Part shown: one piece after another, positions 38,678 through 53,097 of the stretch | How the letters are laid out: every line of letters begins with the position of its first letter | How positions within the stretch are numbered: the stretch's first letter is position 1 | DNA from: Octopus sinensis | Taxonomy: Eukaryota | Reading direction: 5' to 3' | Assembly: GCF_006345805.1 (NCBI RefSeq) | Contig: NC_042997.1 | Coordinates: forward strand, 17,918,001-17,982,000 | Length of the DNA stretch: 64,000 nt | Notes under the pieces: generated by a model | The model's database searches: none | Told to the model about the DNA's origin: nothing | The model's input: only the letters and a program-made list of their open reading frames with translations | Position numbers and translations under genes: made by a program

Positions 38678-40009
38678 TATAAATATACATATATGTGCAT
38701 ATATATATATATATAATATATATATATATACATATATATATGCATATATGTATATGTATTCATGCATATGCATATAGATAAAAAGATACATATATGGTAT
38801 ATTAGACATAAATACATATACATGCATCTGTGTTGCGTGTGTAAAAGTATATATATATATATACACACATACATATGTACATGCACATACTCACACAGAC
38901 ACACACACATATATGCTCTCATGGGTTTAGTATATATATATAATAGGTATATAAGTGATAAGTACCTAATACATTTATTTGCAGAAAAATCATAAGATCT
39001 ATCCTTTACAAATGTAGAATTTATTTTCTGTACTAAATGAACACTATAAAAAGTATAAAATAATTATATAAAATAAAATTGCCTCTTGTTCCATTAGCTT
39101 CTACAGCATCAATTTTATGTTTTGAAAAAAAAATCTTCTGTTGTATTGTTGCTTACTATGAGGTAGTCCAATTTTACACGATTGGAAAATATTTCTGTTA
39201 TTTTACTTAGAATTTCATTATATGTTTAATTTTCATTTGCTTTTTTTTTTTTACTATATGAGCAGTTATAACACTTACTGATAGCAGTTATGACTAATTT
39301 TCTGTAAGCAAATAGCTGATACATTTCCCCTTGGTTAAGTGGCTGTTCTCTAAAAAGTTAACTTCTAAATTAAGCTATATCATGCTAAATACTTTAAATG
39401 AATACATAACATATATCTTACCTTTGAATAGAAACTCTTTACAATTCTTGTTAGTATTTTCATTATACAAATTCCTGTATTATTGCTGAATCCATTAAGT
39501 CATGTTTTTTTTCTTTTGAACTACAAGTTATATAAGTTTTAGTGTAATTAACAAGGTGGTGTATTGTTGAAATCATTATGTCATATAAACTATTTTGTGG
39601 TATTTGCCCTGATTATTTGCACTCTGAGTTCAAATCCTTCCATTGCTCACTTTGACTTCAATCTTTTCCAGATTGATCAATAAAGTAACACTCAAATACT
39701 AGAGTTGTTCTCTCTCTCTAACTTACTTGCAACGAAGGAGCCAAGTATCAAATGTTCTCACTACAGAACTACTAATTCATTCTAATAACACTTGTGAACT
39801 TGCTAAAATCAAAAGAGCAATTAACTGCAAAATGTTCCACCATGGAATGCCTTTAGTCATATAATTTAAGGAAATATTTTTCTTTCTTTTATTTTTTATT
39901 TTTCACTTTTCTTTTGTGTTATGTAGATGCAAAAGTTTGTAAACCTGGTGAGATTGGTATGATTTAAACTAAAATTTGTAAAATACTGAATACTATTCAG
40001 TAAAACTCT

Positions 40010-40108
40010 AATTTTGACTTTATAATTGTAATTTATATTGGCCTAAAATTTTGACTTTATAATTGTAATCTATATTGGCTTATAATTTGAAATCTATATT
40101 GGCTTAAA
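40010..40108. repeat. Short tandem repeat, ~38-bp unit x2 plus a partial unit
   Basis: aattttgactttataattgtaat(t/c)tatattggc repeated. Confidence 0.75.
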
Positions 40109-40374
40109 TAACTTTTTAATAGTATATAATTTTATAACAAGAGGCATTAAATATGTTTTTTAGGGATTGGAGTGGCAAGGCTTTTATTCTTTCAGTTCAT
40201 TGACAGATAACATTATAAATAATGTCCAACCCTGTTAAATTAACAAGAAAAAAAAAACATTTCAGGTGGTTTGAAACGTTTTAGGAGAGGCAGTTATAAT
40301 TGTTCCAGATTATTGCAATATTATATATTATTACTATACACCTACTAAGCTGACCTGCCTATGCCTTTTTTCAA

Positions 40375-41135
40375 ATTCCAGATTGAAAGAGGTGGCTGTA
40401 ACTTTGAACACAGCTAATAGAGTGAAAAATGTAGTTGGAACAGGAAGACAATTTGGAAGTGTGATATGCAATAAAGTTTTGTGTTAAACTTGGCAAAAAC
40501 ACCACAGAAACTTATGAAATGCTCCAGACTTTTATGGATTAACTTGTTTGAGATGAGCATTTGTTTTTCGCTGGTACAAGAGGTCAGGAAATGCATGTCC
40601 ATAAGGAAACGCATGATGACCCCCTTTTTTTATAGTAAGGGCATCATCTACATCCACTGGCTTACCTCTGGCCAGATGGTCAACAAAAAGTACTTTGTGG
40701 TGACTTTGAGGGATTTCTGGAAGAGATTTCATCACAAAAGATCAGAGCTTTTCAACTTGGGTTGGTGGCAAATGCACCACTCCACAATTCCATCCAGGTA
40801 ATCAACTACTTGAGAGAGATGGGTATCAAAATTACCTCCCACACTCCCTAAAGTCCAGGCCTTGGTCTCTGTAACTTTCAGTTGTTCCTCAAGCTGAAGA
40901 GAACTTGAGGGACAGTTGTTTTGAGGACATTGAGAAGATGTAAGAATATGTTTCAAGGGTTCTGGACACCTTCATTTAGGAGGACTTCCATGGGGCCTTC
41001 AAAAAGTGGCTGGAAAACACTACAAGTGCATTGAAGTCATAGGATCCTACTTTGAGGGAAATTAGAGTTTTGGACTTCTTTCAAATGAATAACGACTCTC
41101 ATGAAAAAGTCTCAAAGCTTCAGGAATGCACCTTG
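40375..41135 (+). mobile_element. Second mariner-family remnant with large internal deletion
   Basis: IKFCVKLGKNTTETYEMLQT-like N-terminus, FFYSKGIIYIHW...GQMVNKKYF, a degenerate PDLAPCDF region, and right end ggaatgcaccttg|ta. Left TIR not found. Confidence 0.75.
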
Positions 41136-41714
41136 TACATATGAGATACAATACATGCATATGATATACAACACAATGAGTAATTTCTGAGCTATAAACT
41201 AGGTGAATACCTTGCAAAATTATTTTATTTCATTCAGTTCACTTGCCTCAGTGTCTGACTCAAGTATGCAGAAAATGACAGGATTTTAATCATGTTCCTG
41301 CAAGTTATGTACAGGATGCAGCTTATAAATGGGCTAAAATTGTTCAATTTTAAATATTATGTAGATGTCATTGAGAGCTTTTGTATTGTCATTAAACTGC
41401 TTCCTTTTGAAGAATATGTAGAAAAAAATGTAATAATAAATTTCAAAATTGGAAGAATATTCTCAGTTCAAAAATCTAAAGATTAACATGGCTGAGAATG
41501 AGTTATTAACATGAAACAAATAATATAACAGTTTACATGTCACTTTACAATAGGCACCAAGAGAGAATTAAAGTAACTTTATTCCATCTGAATATTGGAA
41601 AGAATTTGATGACAAATATCATGATGAAATATCTGTAGGCAATTGGGTTAGCCCTAAGGGTTCAGTTTATGTTGAAGATGATAGAATAGCTTAAGGGTAT
41701 ATCAGCTTTATATA

Positions 41715-41773
<59 letters not shown>

Positions 41774-41825
41774 TGTGTGTGTGTGTACATACATGCATAC
41801 ATACATACATACATACATACATACA

Positions 41826-41859
<34 letters not shown>

Positions 41860-42267
41860 CTTTTGGTGTGAACGCACATACATTTGAGCAATTAATACTG
41901 AATGACAATCTTTATATCCTACTTCCTGGTTCCCATGCTAGATAGTTTTCATCTGTTTTGGTATATGCCTGTGAGCTTAGCACCATATGTCTATCTGTAT
42001 GAGATGATCTCACAAGGTGAATACCACAGTTTTCAATGTTCCAATAATATATCCACATAAAATAGGATATAAAAATGTCATTAAATATATATATTACCAT
42101 CATCATTATCATCATTTAACGTCTACCTTCCATGCTGGCATGGGTTAGATAGTTCGACAGGAGCTGGCCCATCAGGAGCCTACACCAGACTTCTATGTCT
42201 GTTTTGGAAGGGTTTTTACTGCTGGATGCCCTTCCTAACACCAACCACCTAGCAGAATGGGCTAATG

Positions 42268-42501
42268 GAAGGTGGCAAGCTGGCAGAAACATTAGCACAC
42301 CAGGCGAAATGCTTAGTGGTATTTTGTCTGCTGTTATGTTCTGAGTTCAAATTCCGCCGAGGTCGACTTTGCCTTTCATCCTTTCGGGGTTGATAAATTA
42401 AGTACCAGTTACGCACTAGGGTCGATGTAATGGTCTTAGTCCCTTTGTCTATCATTGTTTGTCCCCTCTATGTTTAGTCCCTTGTGGGCAATAAAGAAAT
42501 A
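42268..42501 (+). mobile_element. SINE family B (long tail) with 14-bp TSD, inserted in a minus-strand RTE tail copy (42115-42267)
   Basis: AGAATGGGCTAATG at 42254-42267 and 42502-42515. Confidence 0.92.
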
Positions 42502-42833
42502 AGAATGGGCTAATGTGTGTGTGTGTGTTTGAGTATTATGTATATATGTAAGTATGTATGTAGGTATGTGTGTTTGTATGTATATATATACACAGCATAT
42601 ATATATATGTGTGTGTGTGTATATATATATACAAAATTTAGAGGAATGACCACTAAAGTAGACACCCTTTATGCTAAACAATGTATTCTTGAGAATACAT
42701 TCTTTGTGGTGGCAATTTGACATCTACGTTTAACATAAAAGGTGTAACAATTTTTAATCTTCGGATTTTTTAAATATGCTAAGCCACTGGTTTTAATTGA
42801 TTAATATTAATTTCTACCCTTATTATTTAATTT

Positions 42834-42868
<35 letters not shown>

Positions 42869-43150
42869 ATGTGTGTGTGTGTTGGAATATGTAGAAAAAG
42901 TGGCATAATATATAACCCATGCTAGCACGGAAAATGGATGTTAAACGATGATGATGATGATACATATATATATATATATGGATATGTATAAGATGCAGGC
43001 ATAGGTGTGTGTGGTTAAGAAGCTTGCTTCACAACCACATACTTCTTGATTCAGTCCCACCTTGGGCAAATGTCTTCTACTATGGCCTCAGGTTGATCGT
43101 AGCAGATTTGGTAGACAGAATCTGAAAGAAGTGCATCAGATATATATCTA

Positions 43151-43227
<77 letters not shown>

Positions 43228-43282
43228 CTCTATCTATCTATATATATATATATATTTGTGTGTGTGTGTGTGGTGTGTGTGT

Positions 43283-43324
<42 letters not shown>

Positions 43325-43670
43325 TGTGTGTGTGTGTGTTTGTGTCTGTGTTTGTCCTCCGCTTCATAGCACAATGAACTTGTATATTTACCACAAAAAA
43401 AATCTGGATTATTTTTTTCACCAGATGTGATTCACATTTTAAGAAATAATGATTGATTAAATTCACTACAGTACATTGTCTTCATCAAAGTAGATTCTTT
43501 AACATATAAATAGATTTATTTTCGGATGCTGGTGCTAAAGAAAAGACTGATGTCTTATTCTTGTAACATACTGGAGTCTGGATGAGTTCAAATACAACAG
43601 ACAATGAATGGAAATAGAATGAACAATATTCTAGTCTGGTGTTGAAACCTAATCTATGAAAATAGTTAAA

Positions 43671-44085
43671 GGCATAGGAGTGGCAGTGTGGTAAGTTGCC
43701 TGCTTATGAACCATATGGTTCCAGGTTCAGTCCCACTGTGTGGCACCTTGGGCAAGTGTCTTCTACTATAGCCTCGGGCCTACCAAAGCCTTGTGAATGG
43801 ATTTGGTAGACAGAAACTGAAAGAAGCCCGTCGTATATATGTATATATATATATATATATATGAGAGTGTGTGTGTATGTTTGTGTGTTTGTGTTTGTAC
43901 CCCAACATCGCTTGACAACCGATGCTGGTGTGTTTACGTCTCTGTAACTTAGCAGTTCAGCAAAAGAGACTGATAGAATAAGTACAAGGTTTACAAAGAA
44001 TAAGTCCTGGGGTCGATTTGATCGACTAAAGGTGGTGCTCCAGCATGGCCACGGTCAAATGACTAAAACAAGTAAAAGAGTAAAG
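43671..44085 (+). mobile_element. SINE family A, complete copy
   Basis: Head, CORE-like centre, internal (TA)n(TG)n and 3' half collinear with 2234-2781. Confidence 0.9.
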
Positions 44086-45600
44086 AAAAATATGCTGCCT
44101 GTCTTGTCTGACTGAGAAATGTGACATTTTCATGAACACTTTTTAGTTACTGAACAAAATTCAAAATGTGACATCAAAGTGAAAACAAAAATAGGCATTT
44201 TTTCAAAAAATATTCCGCCTACAAACAGGAAAATACCTACACTTAGTGGTACTACAATCATGACAGAACAGAAACCACTTCTTTCGGATCAGCATTTAAC
44301 ATTTTGCCAACATAATCATAAAAGAATTGTAACAACAAATTATTCAGACTGTATTTTGTTAAAATCCAGCTGATACTGGGAAGTAATAGAGTTGTCTTCT
44401 ACAGGAAAGGTTGTACATCTGACATTATAATCCTATATTTGTGGCTGTCTTAGACGGTTATAGAAACTATTTCTGAACTCTGAGAATGGAGAGCATTTTT
44501 CATTGTGAATTCTTTATTGCTTGTGCTTCCATGATATAACACGTCTTTATTCAATAAATGCTGTTATGGGCTTTCCCTTTTTTTGTAAGATATCCTGTTG
44601 TGTGTTTATTTGATAATATTCGGAATTTTTCTTTTGCAATGAAGGTTTCACTGGAATTTCAAGCAAGATATAACAAAGAAAATTATCTAGAATTGTATAA
44701 CTTCCACATATCAGAAAAGAAATTCTCACGCAGCCATGTCAGAAGGTACACAATTACAATATCATGAGAGAAGTTACTTATCATATATTACTATATTATA
44801 GGATATTGCAGAAGTTACCACTCAATATACGAATTAATAAATTCTGTGTATGCAAACATAATTGAAAATCTTAGCTGACCAAATCAATAAGATGCATACC
44901 TGTTTCTCAAGGGGTCAATAGTTCATTTCCTGTCAGAACATTATGCTTTATCTATGGACAAAACACTTACCTCTCACTGGTTTAATTAATCTAGCTGTAG
45001 ATAAGTATCATGATGGAACTGTAAGCAAAATGAATATACTGACAAGTATTTCATTAACTTGCAATGCTGACTTATAAATCGTACCATAGATATATGACAA
45101 TAAATAGGCTCCATTAAGTCGACTTGCATTAGATACACTTCAAGAAAATGAAATTACAGTTGGGGGCTTGACAAATGAATTATGTTTAAGACAACTACCA
45201 TATATATAAAAAATTGTTGGGTTCAATTTTGAAGGGAATGCTTGTAGCTTAAAACTGGAGTCTTATGATTTCAATTCCTGCTTATAAGCACTCCTGTAAC
45301 AACAAGACTAAAATAAATTTAGAAAGAGAATATGAAAAATGAAATCACAACCCTTTGGGATTTTTCTTTCTTTTTTATACATACAATTTATTTTATCATC
45401 AAATCAGATACTAAACATTCAAAATTCCCAATACTGAAATGTTTTTATATTTTCTTGCTGGAGAATGAACCTGAGGGGTTATACCTCATGTAGCATAGCA
45501 CAAATAATGCTAACTCAGTTCAGACATTTTGAAGCTCTCATTCGAGTTTGTGTGAGCTAATGTTCATTTTCTATAGAGTGCAAATGTCCATATTCTGTAG

Positions 45601-45654
45601 CACTATAAGTTATTCATTCCCAATATCAAGACAAGTGGAGTCAAAGGAATTCCG
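45601..45654 (+). CDS. Candidate small exon (HYKLFIPNIKTSGVKGIP; alternative acceptor at 45577)
   Basis: CTAAT branch-like motif, acceptors ttttctatag / tattctgtag, consensus donor CG|gtaagt, open frames; no homology recognised. Confidence 0.22.
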
Positions 45655-47537
45655 GTAAGTTAACAAAGTGCTGCCTGGGAATTATGTTTCATTTTGCAAC
45701 AGACTATTTATGTTTTAAACATACTAATACATCTCAATGTAAGAAATTTAAAAGATGTTCATGGATGAAAAAACATAAAGTATGTTTACACAACCATGAA
45801 ATGATATGACCCAGGTTACTACAAAATAAATGATGTATATACACAATAAAAAGTATACTGGAAAAAAGTAAATATAATTATCTAACAGGACTTGCTTACA
45901 ATAAAGCCACCAGTAATATTATCAGAATCAATATTACAAGTAGAGTTTTATGATTTAAAAAAGAGTTGAAATTGCTGAGGTATTTGCCATTCCAATGAAC
46001 AATGATAGAAGTGCATCTAGTCATAAGTGCTATATACTTTCTGAAAAAAAATTGAACTTGTCCACCTTTAGTTTTCTCTTCTTTGTTTTCATATTTTCCC
46101 CCTTCTCATTCATTTTCTTGCTCAGGATATTATCTTCAAGTCAAGTTTTGTAAAATAAAATATAACTGTTATATATTTTCTGCTCAGGTGTGTATTTTTT
46201 TAGCCACTTCTTTTAATAAACCTTCAGGCATGAAGTGTGAATGTTGGCAACTTTTCTATCAGGTAAAATGAAGAGTAAATATTTTTAAAGTCAGTTATTC
46301 TTTTTCATAGCAAACCACCTTATGAAATGTATGCAAGCAGTGTATATTTTTCACTTAGAAGTGTAATAAGGGTTGCATAAAGGGACTGTGTATGCCTGTA
46401 GCAATGCATTAAACATTCTTTGTGAAAGTACAGTGTATGTAAGTGTACATAAATGAAGACGGGTGCCTAGTGAATATGTATGCATTCACGTTTGCAAGTG
46501 ATGTATATATACACATATACATATATTCATATATACACACATATCACACATTGTGAGTGTATGCATTGGCATGATTCTGAAGTGTATTGGGGGATGTAGG
46601 GGAGTGGTTTGAGCTATTAATTCACAAACTGTTCTGTTACTACTGCTTCAGTTTCCATACCAAAACCTTGACAGTTTCAATGACATTATAACGCCTGTTC
46701 TTGGAATTTAATGTCTAAACAGTTGGGAGTAACTAATTCTAGAAATCACATGGTTAACACTTCAGTAGAAGCCAATTCCATAGACTTTGTCCAGGGTGAG
46801 TGTGTGAGGGAGAAAGGTGGTAAGTTAGATTGACACTTAGCAAGAAATTATGGAAAAAGGTAACGAGGTGAAGTATGTGTAAAGCAAATTTACGATATAA
46901 TAAAGATATAGTCAGAAGAGATGTGCTGCAGAGGGATTGTATACAAGTATGCCTGCATGCATGCATGTATGTATGTATGTATGTATGTAAGTATATATGT
47001 ATGTATGCATGTATGCATGTATGTATGTATGTCAGTTTGAGGGGGGGGGGGGGTAGCAAATGAGATGGGCATAAGAAATGGTGAAAAGCGGTCCAGTGAA
47101 AAGGAAGAAGAGTGTAGAGGTGGGAAATATTAGGAAAGGGTAAGCAAAAAGTGAATAAGATGAATACAAGTTTAATAGAGGAATAATAAATTGTATATGG
47201 AGTGAGTGTGAACCAAAATGCTGATGATATATAGAGAGGGTGAAGGAGAAGAGTAAGAAAAGAATAATATAGTGAGAGGAAGAGGAAAAAATCAAAGAAT
47301 GACATAACTAATCAGGGTGAGGAAGAAAAGCAGAGACAGAGTGAAGGAAAAAAAGGAAAAGGGAGTAAATGACTAAGAGAAAAGAGTGAAGAGAGCTAGG
47401 AAAGAAAATCAGAAATTGATGTGAGAATGGAAAGAAAAAGCAGTAGAGAGAAGAATGTTGAAAAAGTGGAAGAAAATAAGAGATGAAGTGTAAGTTAAAT
47501 AAGTGATTATTAGACTGGACTGAAAGTATGATCAATA

Positions 47538-47591
47538 AAGAGAGAGAGAGAGGAGAGAGAGGAGAGAGAGGAGAGAGGAGAGAAGATGGTT

Positions 47592-47625
<34 letters not shown>

Positions 47626-47660
47626 GAGAGAGAGAGAGGGGGTGAGAGAGAGAGAGGTTC
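47538..47660. repeat. (GA)n/(GGAGA)n tract inside a long purine-rich block
   Basis: Direct reading. Confidence 0.9.
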
Positions 47661-49039
47661 AGAGAAAGGAAGAATGAGATAGAGAAGAATGATTGGAAAA
47701 GGAATTAGCTAAAAACAAGTACAGAAAGAAAAGATTTGTGAGTTATCAGAGAAAGAGAATAAAGGGAATGAAAAAGAAGATTTATAGATTGGTGTACGGA
47801 AGAAGAATCAAAAGTTTTGAAGAAAAAGACTTAGGATGAGAAAAACATGGGAGTTAAGGGAATGGAAGGAGAGAGAAATAATGAAATAAATGAAATATAA
47901 AGTGAAAAAATTTGAGGAAGAAATAAATGAGCTAAGAAATAAAGAGAGAGAGAGAGAGAGGGGGGAGACTGGATGGGGTGGGGAGGGAAGAGAAAGGGTG
48001 GGAAAGTGAGATTGAACGAATGAGACTGAGTGAGAGTGAGAATAAAGAGAAGAATTTATTTACAGGAACAGACAAATGTGTGTGGCTGGTGAATGAAGTA
48101 GCTAAAAGAAAGAAAACTGACAAGAAAATGTAGAATGTGTGAATACACAACTGAAAGCCAATGAAATTAAATGGAAGGGATATGGGGAAAATTATATAGT
48201 TATATAATGAGAAGGCTTCTGTCCAGTTTTGACTAAACTTATTGCAATGTCTTCATACACGGCTTGGAGGAAAAAGAAATCTCTACCCAAACCAGTCCTC
48301 ATCTCACACCCATCAACATCCTTATGTGTCTATGACCAACAACACAACCAAAATCATCTCAAGCCAGCTAAACCTTCATACATCAGCATCATAATGACAT
48401 ATGCAATAATGCCCGGTTCTTTTTGAAGATGCTAATTTTTCTATTCTGATTGGCACTGTCAATTAATAATAAGTTGAAGGCTGACCTTTGGTGTATGTCA
48501 GCCAAATTGAGACAGTGGGCTTTAAACAGTAAAATGTCACTTGAGGTGAGCTGTCAGAATGCTATATCATATTTTGAGATTAAGGGTTAACTGAAAAGGT
48601 CTTTGGGCTACGAAACCTTTTGTAAGCTTCTGCTGTGATTCTTATTTTCATTTTTGACCCTTTCTTTCAACAACTCTATGTATTGCCCACCCACAGTTGA
48701 TCTAATTTCATATCTGTTTGTAGTGATTAAATAGTGGCAAGGAGAGGGCAAAGTAATGAGAAGATTCTTACACTTTTTAGTTTCAACCAATATTATATAT
48801 TTTGATGGTATCTTTGACTAACTGGCAAACAAGCAATCTTTTGTTTCCAAAGAAAGACTATTGTTATTCATCACATACTATAGATACTTTCATTTTGGCT
48901 GAAACAATCAAATAACATAAATGAAATTAAAAATAAATTATATATACGGTTTAGTTATGTGTGTTAATGGAGAAAAGGAGAGAAAGAGAGGGGTTAAGAG
49001 GGGTAATATAAGAATAAAGAAGATAGCAATTGTGTGTGT

Positions 49040-49455
49040 TTGCACACACATACATACGCGCACATATATATGCATACATATATGTAAGTATGTATGTGTG
49101 CATGTTTGTATGTATGAAATATATGAATGTATGTATGTATGTATGTATGTATATATGTATGCATGTATGTATGTATGTATGCATGCCTGCATGTATGTAT
49201 GTATGTATGTGCGTGTGTATGTGCATGTGTATGTATGTATATATATGTATGTATGTATGTATGTATGCATGTATGTATGTATGTATGTATTTATGTATGT
49301 ATGTATGTATGTATGTATGTATGTATGTATGTATGTATGTATGTATGTATGTATGTGCATGTGTATGTATGTATATGCGTGTGTATGTATGTATATATGT
49401 ATGTATGTATGTATGTATGTACGTATGTATGTATGTATGTACGTATGTATGTAAA
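49040..49455. repeat. ~410-bp degenerate (TATG)n microsatellite
   Basis: Direct reading; source of the MYVC/HTYI ORFs. Confidence 0.95.
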
Positions 49456-49968
49456 AGCATTTGAAATGAAAAATCTGAAAAAGGTACTTAATACAAAAGG
49501 TGAAGGTAGCAAAGTGGCAAAGCCAGTGGATAGAATGCCTTTTGATATTTGTTTTAGCTCTCTGCATTCTGGATTCAAATTCTGCCTATGCCAATTTTAC
49601 CTTTTTTCATTCTGAGGTCCATAAATAAACTACTACTCAAGTACTGGGTTAATTTTTCATCTCTCTTACTTTCTTTCTTCCTATCCCTTTCTCTCCCCCC
49701 ACTTCTCTCTAAATCAACAAAATGAAGCGGTCAAGAAGAAGAATTCACATTGTAGCCCCTGCAATTCTTTCACCTGCTAAGTTTACCATCATGCAACAGA
49801 GCTAGAGGAAGTAGGCTAGGTATGTTGGTATATTAATACACACACAGAATTATATATATATATATATAAGTATACATACATACATACATACAAACATACA
49901 TACATACATACATACATACATACATACATACATACATACATACATACATACATACATACGTACGTATG

Positions 49969-50000
<32 letters not shown>

Positions 50001-50850
50001 TGTATGTATAATGTTATGTAAATGTAAGATTCCAGGATCCATGTGTAGGAAGTAAGTAAGCTTCAAGCAGTCTGTGGAAGATATAAAAAACAACTTTCAG
50101 AAACAATAGTGGTTTATTGGCATAGAAGATTGTAAGTTTTTCTCATATCAAAGTTTGATAAGCTGCAAAAAGTTACTTTATTGTTCACAGTTAGCAACTA
50201 AGGTTGCTATGTGAATAAAAATCCAAATTTAGAGAATGGGTCAGTTAAAACCTAGGCTACATATGTTTCCTAGTTAGTAGTACCTTGGAAGTAATAATTG
50301 CTCAACAAGGGTACTCCACTAACTACTCATCAGGCCAAAGATACTTTAGCTAAATGAAGGTTACATTGTCATAAAGGGATCTCAAGAAACTTGCAGGAGA
50401 TTTAATTGAAAATGAGTGGAAAGTACAGAGTGAAAGAATAAAAAAGAAAAGCATATGTGTGAAGAAATAAGATATGGGAGTGGGCATATGTCTAAAGTTA
50501 TTCAGAAAAAGAATAAGAAAAAGCAAAGGAGATGGGGAAGAGTGAGTGGAAAAATGTTGTTAGACTGAAACTGGCTAAGTGAAATTCATCATCAGCATCA
50601 TCATTGTTTAATGTCTACCTTCAATGCTGGTATGTGTTGGATGGTTTGACAGGAGCTGGCCAAGCAGAAGACAGCAGCAGACTTCTGTGTCTGTTTTGGC
50701 ATGGTTTTTTACGGGTAGCTGTCCTTCCGAACACCAATCACTCTGGAAGGACATCCAACCATAAAAACCTTGTGAATATAGGCTAGGGTCATTCACAATG
50801 TCAATTGTAAATAAATGAATAAATATATTGTGGCACCCCTGTATATACCT

Positions 50851-51075
50851 ATTTCTTTACTACCCACAAGGGGCTAAACACCGAGAGGACAAACAAGGAC
50901 AGACAAACGGATTAAGTCGATTATATCGACCCCAGGGCATAACTGGCACTTATTTAATCCACCTCGAAAGGATGAAAGGCAAAGTCGACCTCGGTGGAAT
51001 TTGAACTCAGAACGTAACGACAGACAAAATACCACTAAGCATTTTGCCCGGCGTGCTAACGTTACTGCCAGCTTG
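50851..51075 (-). mobile_element. SINE family B (long tail) with ~15-bp TSD
   Basis: CCCCTGTATATACCT at 50836-50850 and 51076-51090. Confidence 0.92.
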
Positions 51076-51852
51076 CCCCTGTATATACCTTTAAACAAAA
51101 TCAAAGAAAAAAAAGGGAAAGATCTTAGAGGTAAGAATGCCAAGAAAAGAGAAAGTGAAAATTTAGGAGCAGTAGTAAGTTGGAATTTGTTAAGAGAAGA
51201 GAGGGAGAAGGAGAAGGAGGTGGGAGATAATGTTTCTGGTCAATAGGGGAACATAGTAGTTCTAGGTAATTTGGTAGTTTAATACTTAACAGTAAAACTA
51301 TACAAATGTATATTAGTGTGCATGTGCATATTTTCTCTGTGTGCCTATAGTATCTTACAAGCATGCCCTTGTATACATTGGCATATGCTCATGTGCCGAA
51401 GGAAAATACAGGGAGATTATGAGATTAAGAAAAATATAAAATATAAAAAAATATAAAAGTAGTTAGAAATTTGTTATATATACATAAAAGACCTGCAGAG
51501 GAGGGGGGAATAGTTTATGGAGAACAGGGTTGGGGGCACTATTATTTGTACTTTAGGAATGTGTTACATAATTGGTGTTTACAATTAAAAATTAGATGGT
51601 TTCATTCAGTCACACAATTGGTGGATTGCATAATAGAAAAGACTTCAGCAGTACATAGATTGCATTTGTTGTTATAACCATTATATGGTTTGGCATGGGT
51701 AACAATGGACTATTTTAAATTATATAGAATTGAATTTTGTTTTAAGTTATGAATTAGCTGAGATAAAGAAGTTCTATTAGATCTTTCTTGGGATTTGAAG
51801 CTAGAATAGTGGTTACCCAGTCTGACATTGAAGGTGGATTATATATTTGGAT

Positions 51853-51855
<3 letters not shown>

Positions 51856-51897
<42 letters not shown>

Positions 51898-51987
51898 ACA
51901 CACACACACACATACATACATACATACATACATACATACATACATACATACATACATACATACATACATACATACATACATACATAC

Positions 51988-52033
<46 letters not shown>
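51856..52033. repeat. Compound microsatellite (CA)n-(TACA)n-(GATA)n
   Basis: Direct reading. Confidence 0.95.
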
Positions 52034-52054
<21 letters not shown>

Positions 52055-52251
52055 TATCAAAGACAGCTAATTCTTTTCACTCCAGATATGACTCCTCAAA
52101 TAACAATATTGTTATTTGTGGAGTCATATCTGTAGTGAAAAGAATTAGCTGTCTTTGACTGCTATTTCTAAATTTTCGGTATGTGGTAAAGAAACTTCTT
52201 GCTAATCCCTTAATTATATTTATAATTATATATATATATATATATATATAT

Positions 52252-52557
52252 GCTATTGAGTTAGACATGACCTGGGCCTATACTGGCCAAAACCAATCAA
52301 AGTTATATCTGTCCCCTTTTGCTGTCCTGGTGTTCGTATGCATTCGATCCTTCTTCCAGGAAATCTACGCTTCCAGCTTAGTTTTTCTTGGAGGGCTGGC
52401 CGTGATCTAGTAATCTCAAGATTAATCAGCCGAAATTACTACGATGATCCGGTTCTTGACTGAAGACTGAGGGGTTCGAATGTCCTGTCCATGTTTATTG
52501 TATCGTCTTCTATGAGTTATACGTTCTTGTCCATGTTGTATTTTTCTACATACCTTA
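52252..52557. mobile_element. CpG-rich ~305-bp insert between two (TA)n tracts (retroelement terminal fragment, possibly Penelope-like)
   Basis: Sharp complexity change bounded by (TA)n on both sides; CTGAAGA...GAATGTC remnant at 52460-52484. Confidence 0.45.
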
Positions 52558-53097
52558 ATATATATATATATATATATCATCATCATCATCATCATCATCA
52601 TTTAGCATCCGCTTTCCATGCTAGCATGGGTTGGACGGATATATATATATATATAAGGAAGCCCATCATATATGTGTGTGTGTTTGTGCGTGTGTTCTTG
52701 TCTATGTTTGTCCTCACCCCACCCCTTGACAACCAGTGTTAGTGTGTTTATGTACACTGTAACTTAGTGATTTGAGAAAAGAGACCAATAGAATAAATAC
52801 CAGGTAAAAATACAGGGTAAATATAAAGGAGTCAATTCATTTGATTAAAATTCTTCACAGTGGAGCTCCAGCATAGCTACAGTCTATTGTCTGAAGCAAA
52901 TAAAAAATATGTTACTATTTTGTTTATAGATCTGTATACATAACTGGGATGAATTAAAAATATTGTAACTAATATGCATGTATGTATATATGCCAGTGTA
53001 CTTTTGAGTTGAATGCAGCTGAATGTTTATGCCTGCATAAATTTTCATGGTAGAAGAGAATAACTTAAATGCAATTATTTAAATTGATACATTAAAG

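Noticed and set aside
44125-44373. 83-codon stop-free stretch (ORF 44179-44373)
   Set aside because: No motif or homology recognised; insufficient on its own.
48921-49615. Long ORFs of 140-209 aa (MYVC/HTYI repeats), and similar ORFs at 33635-34000, 34702-35147, 38487-38995 and 41662-41945
   Set aside because: They are translations of (TATG)n/(TA)n/(CA)n microsatellites, which lack stops in some frames.
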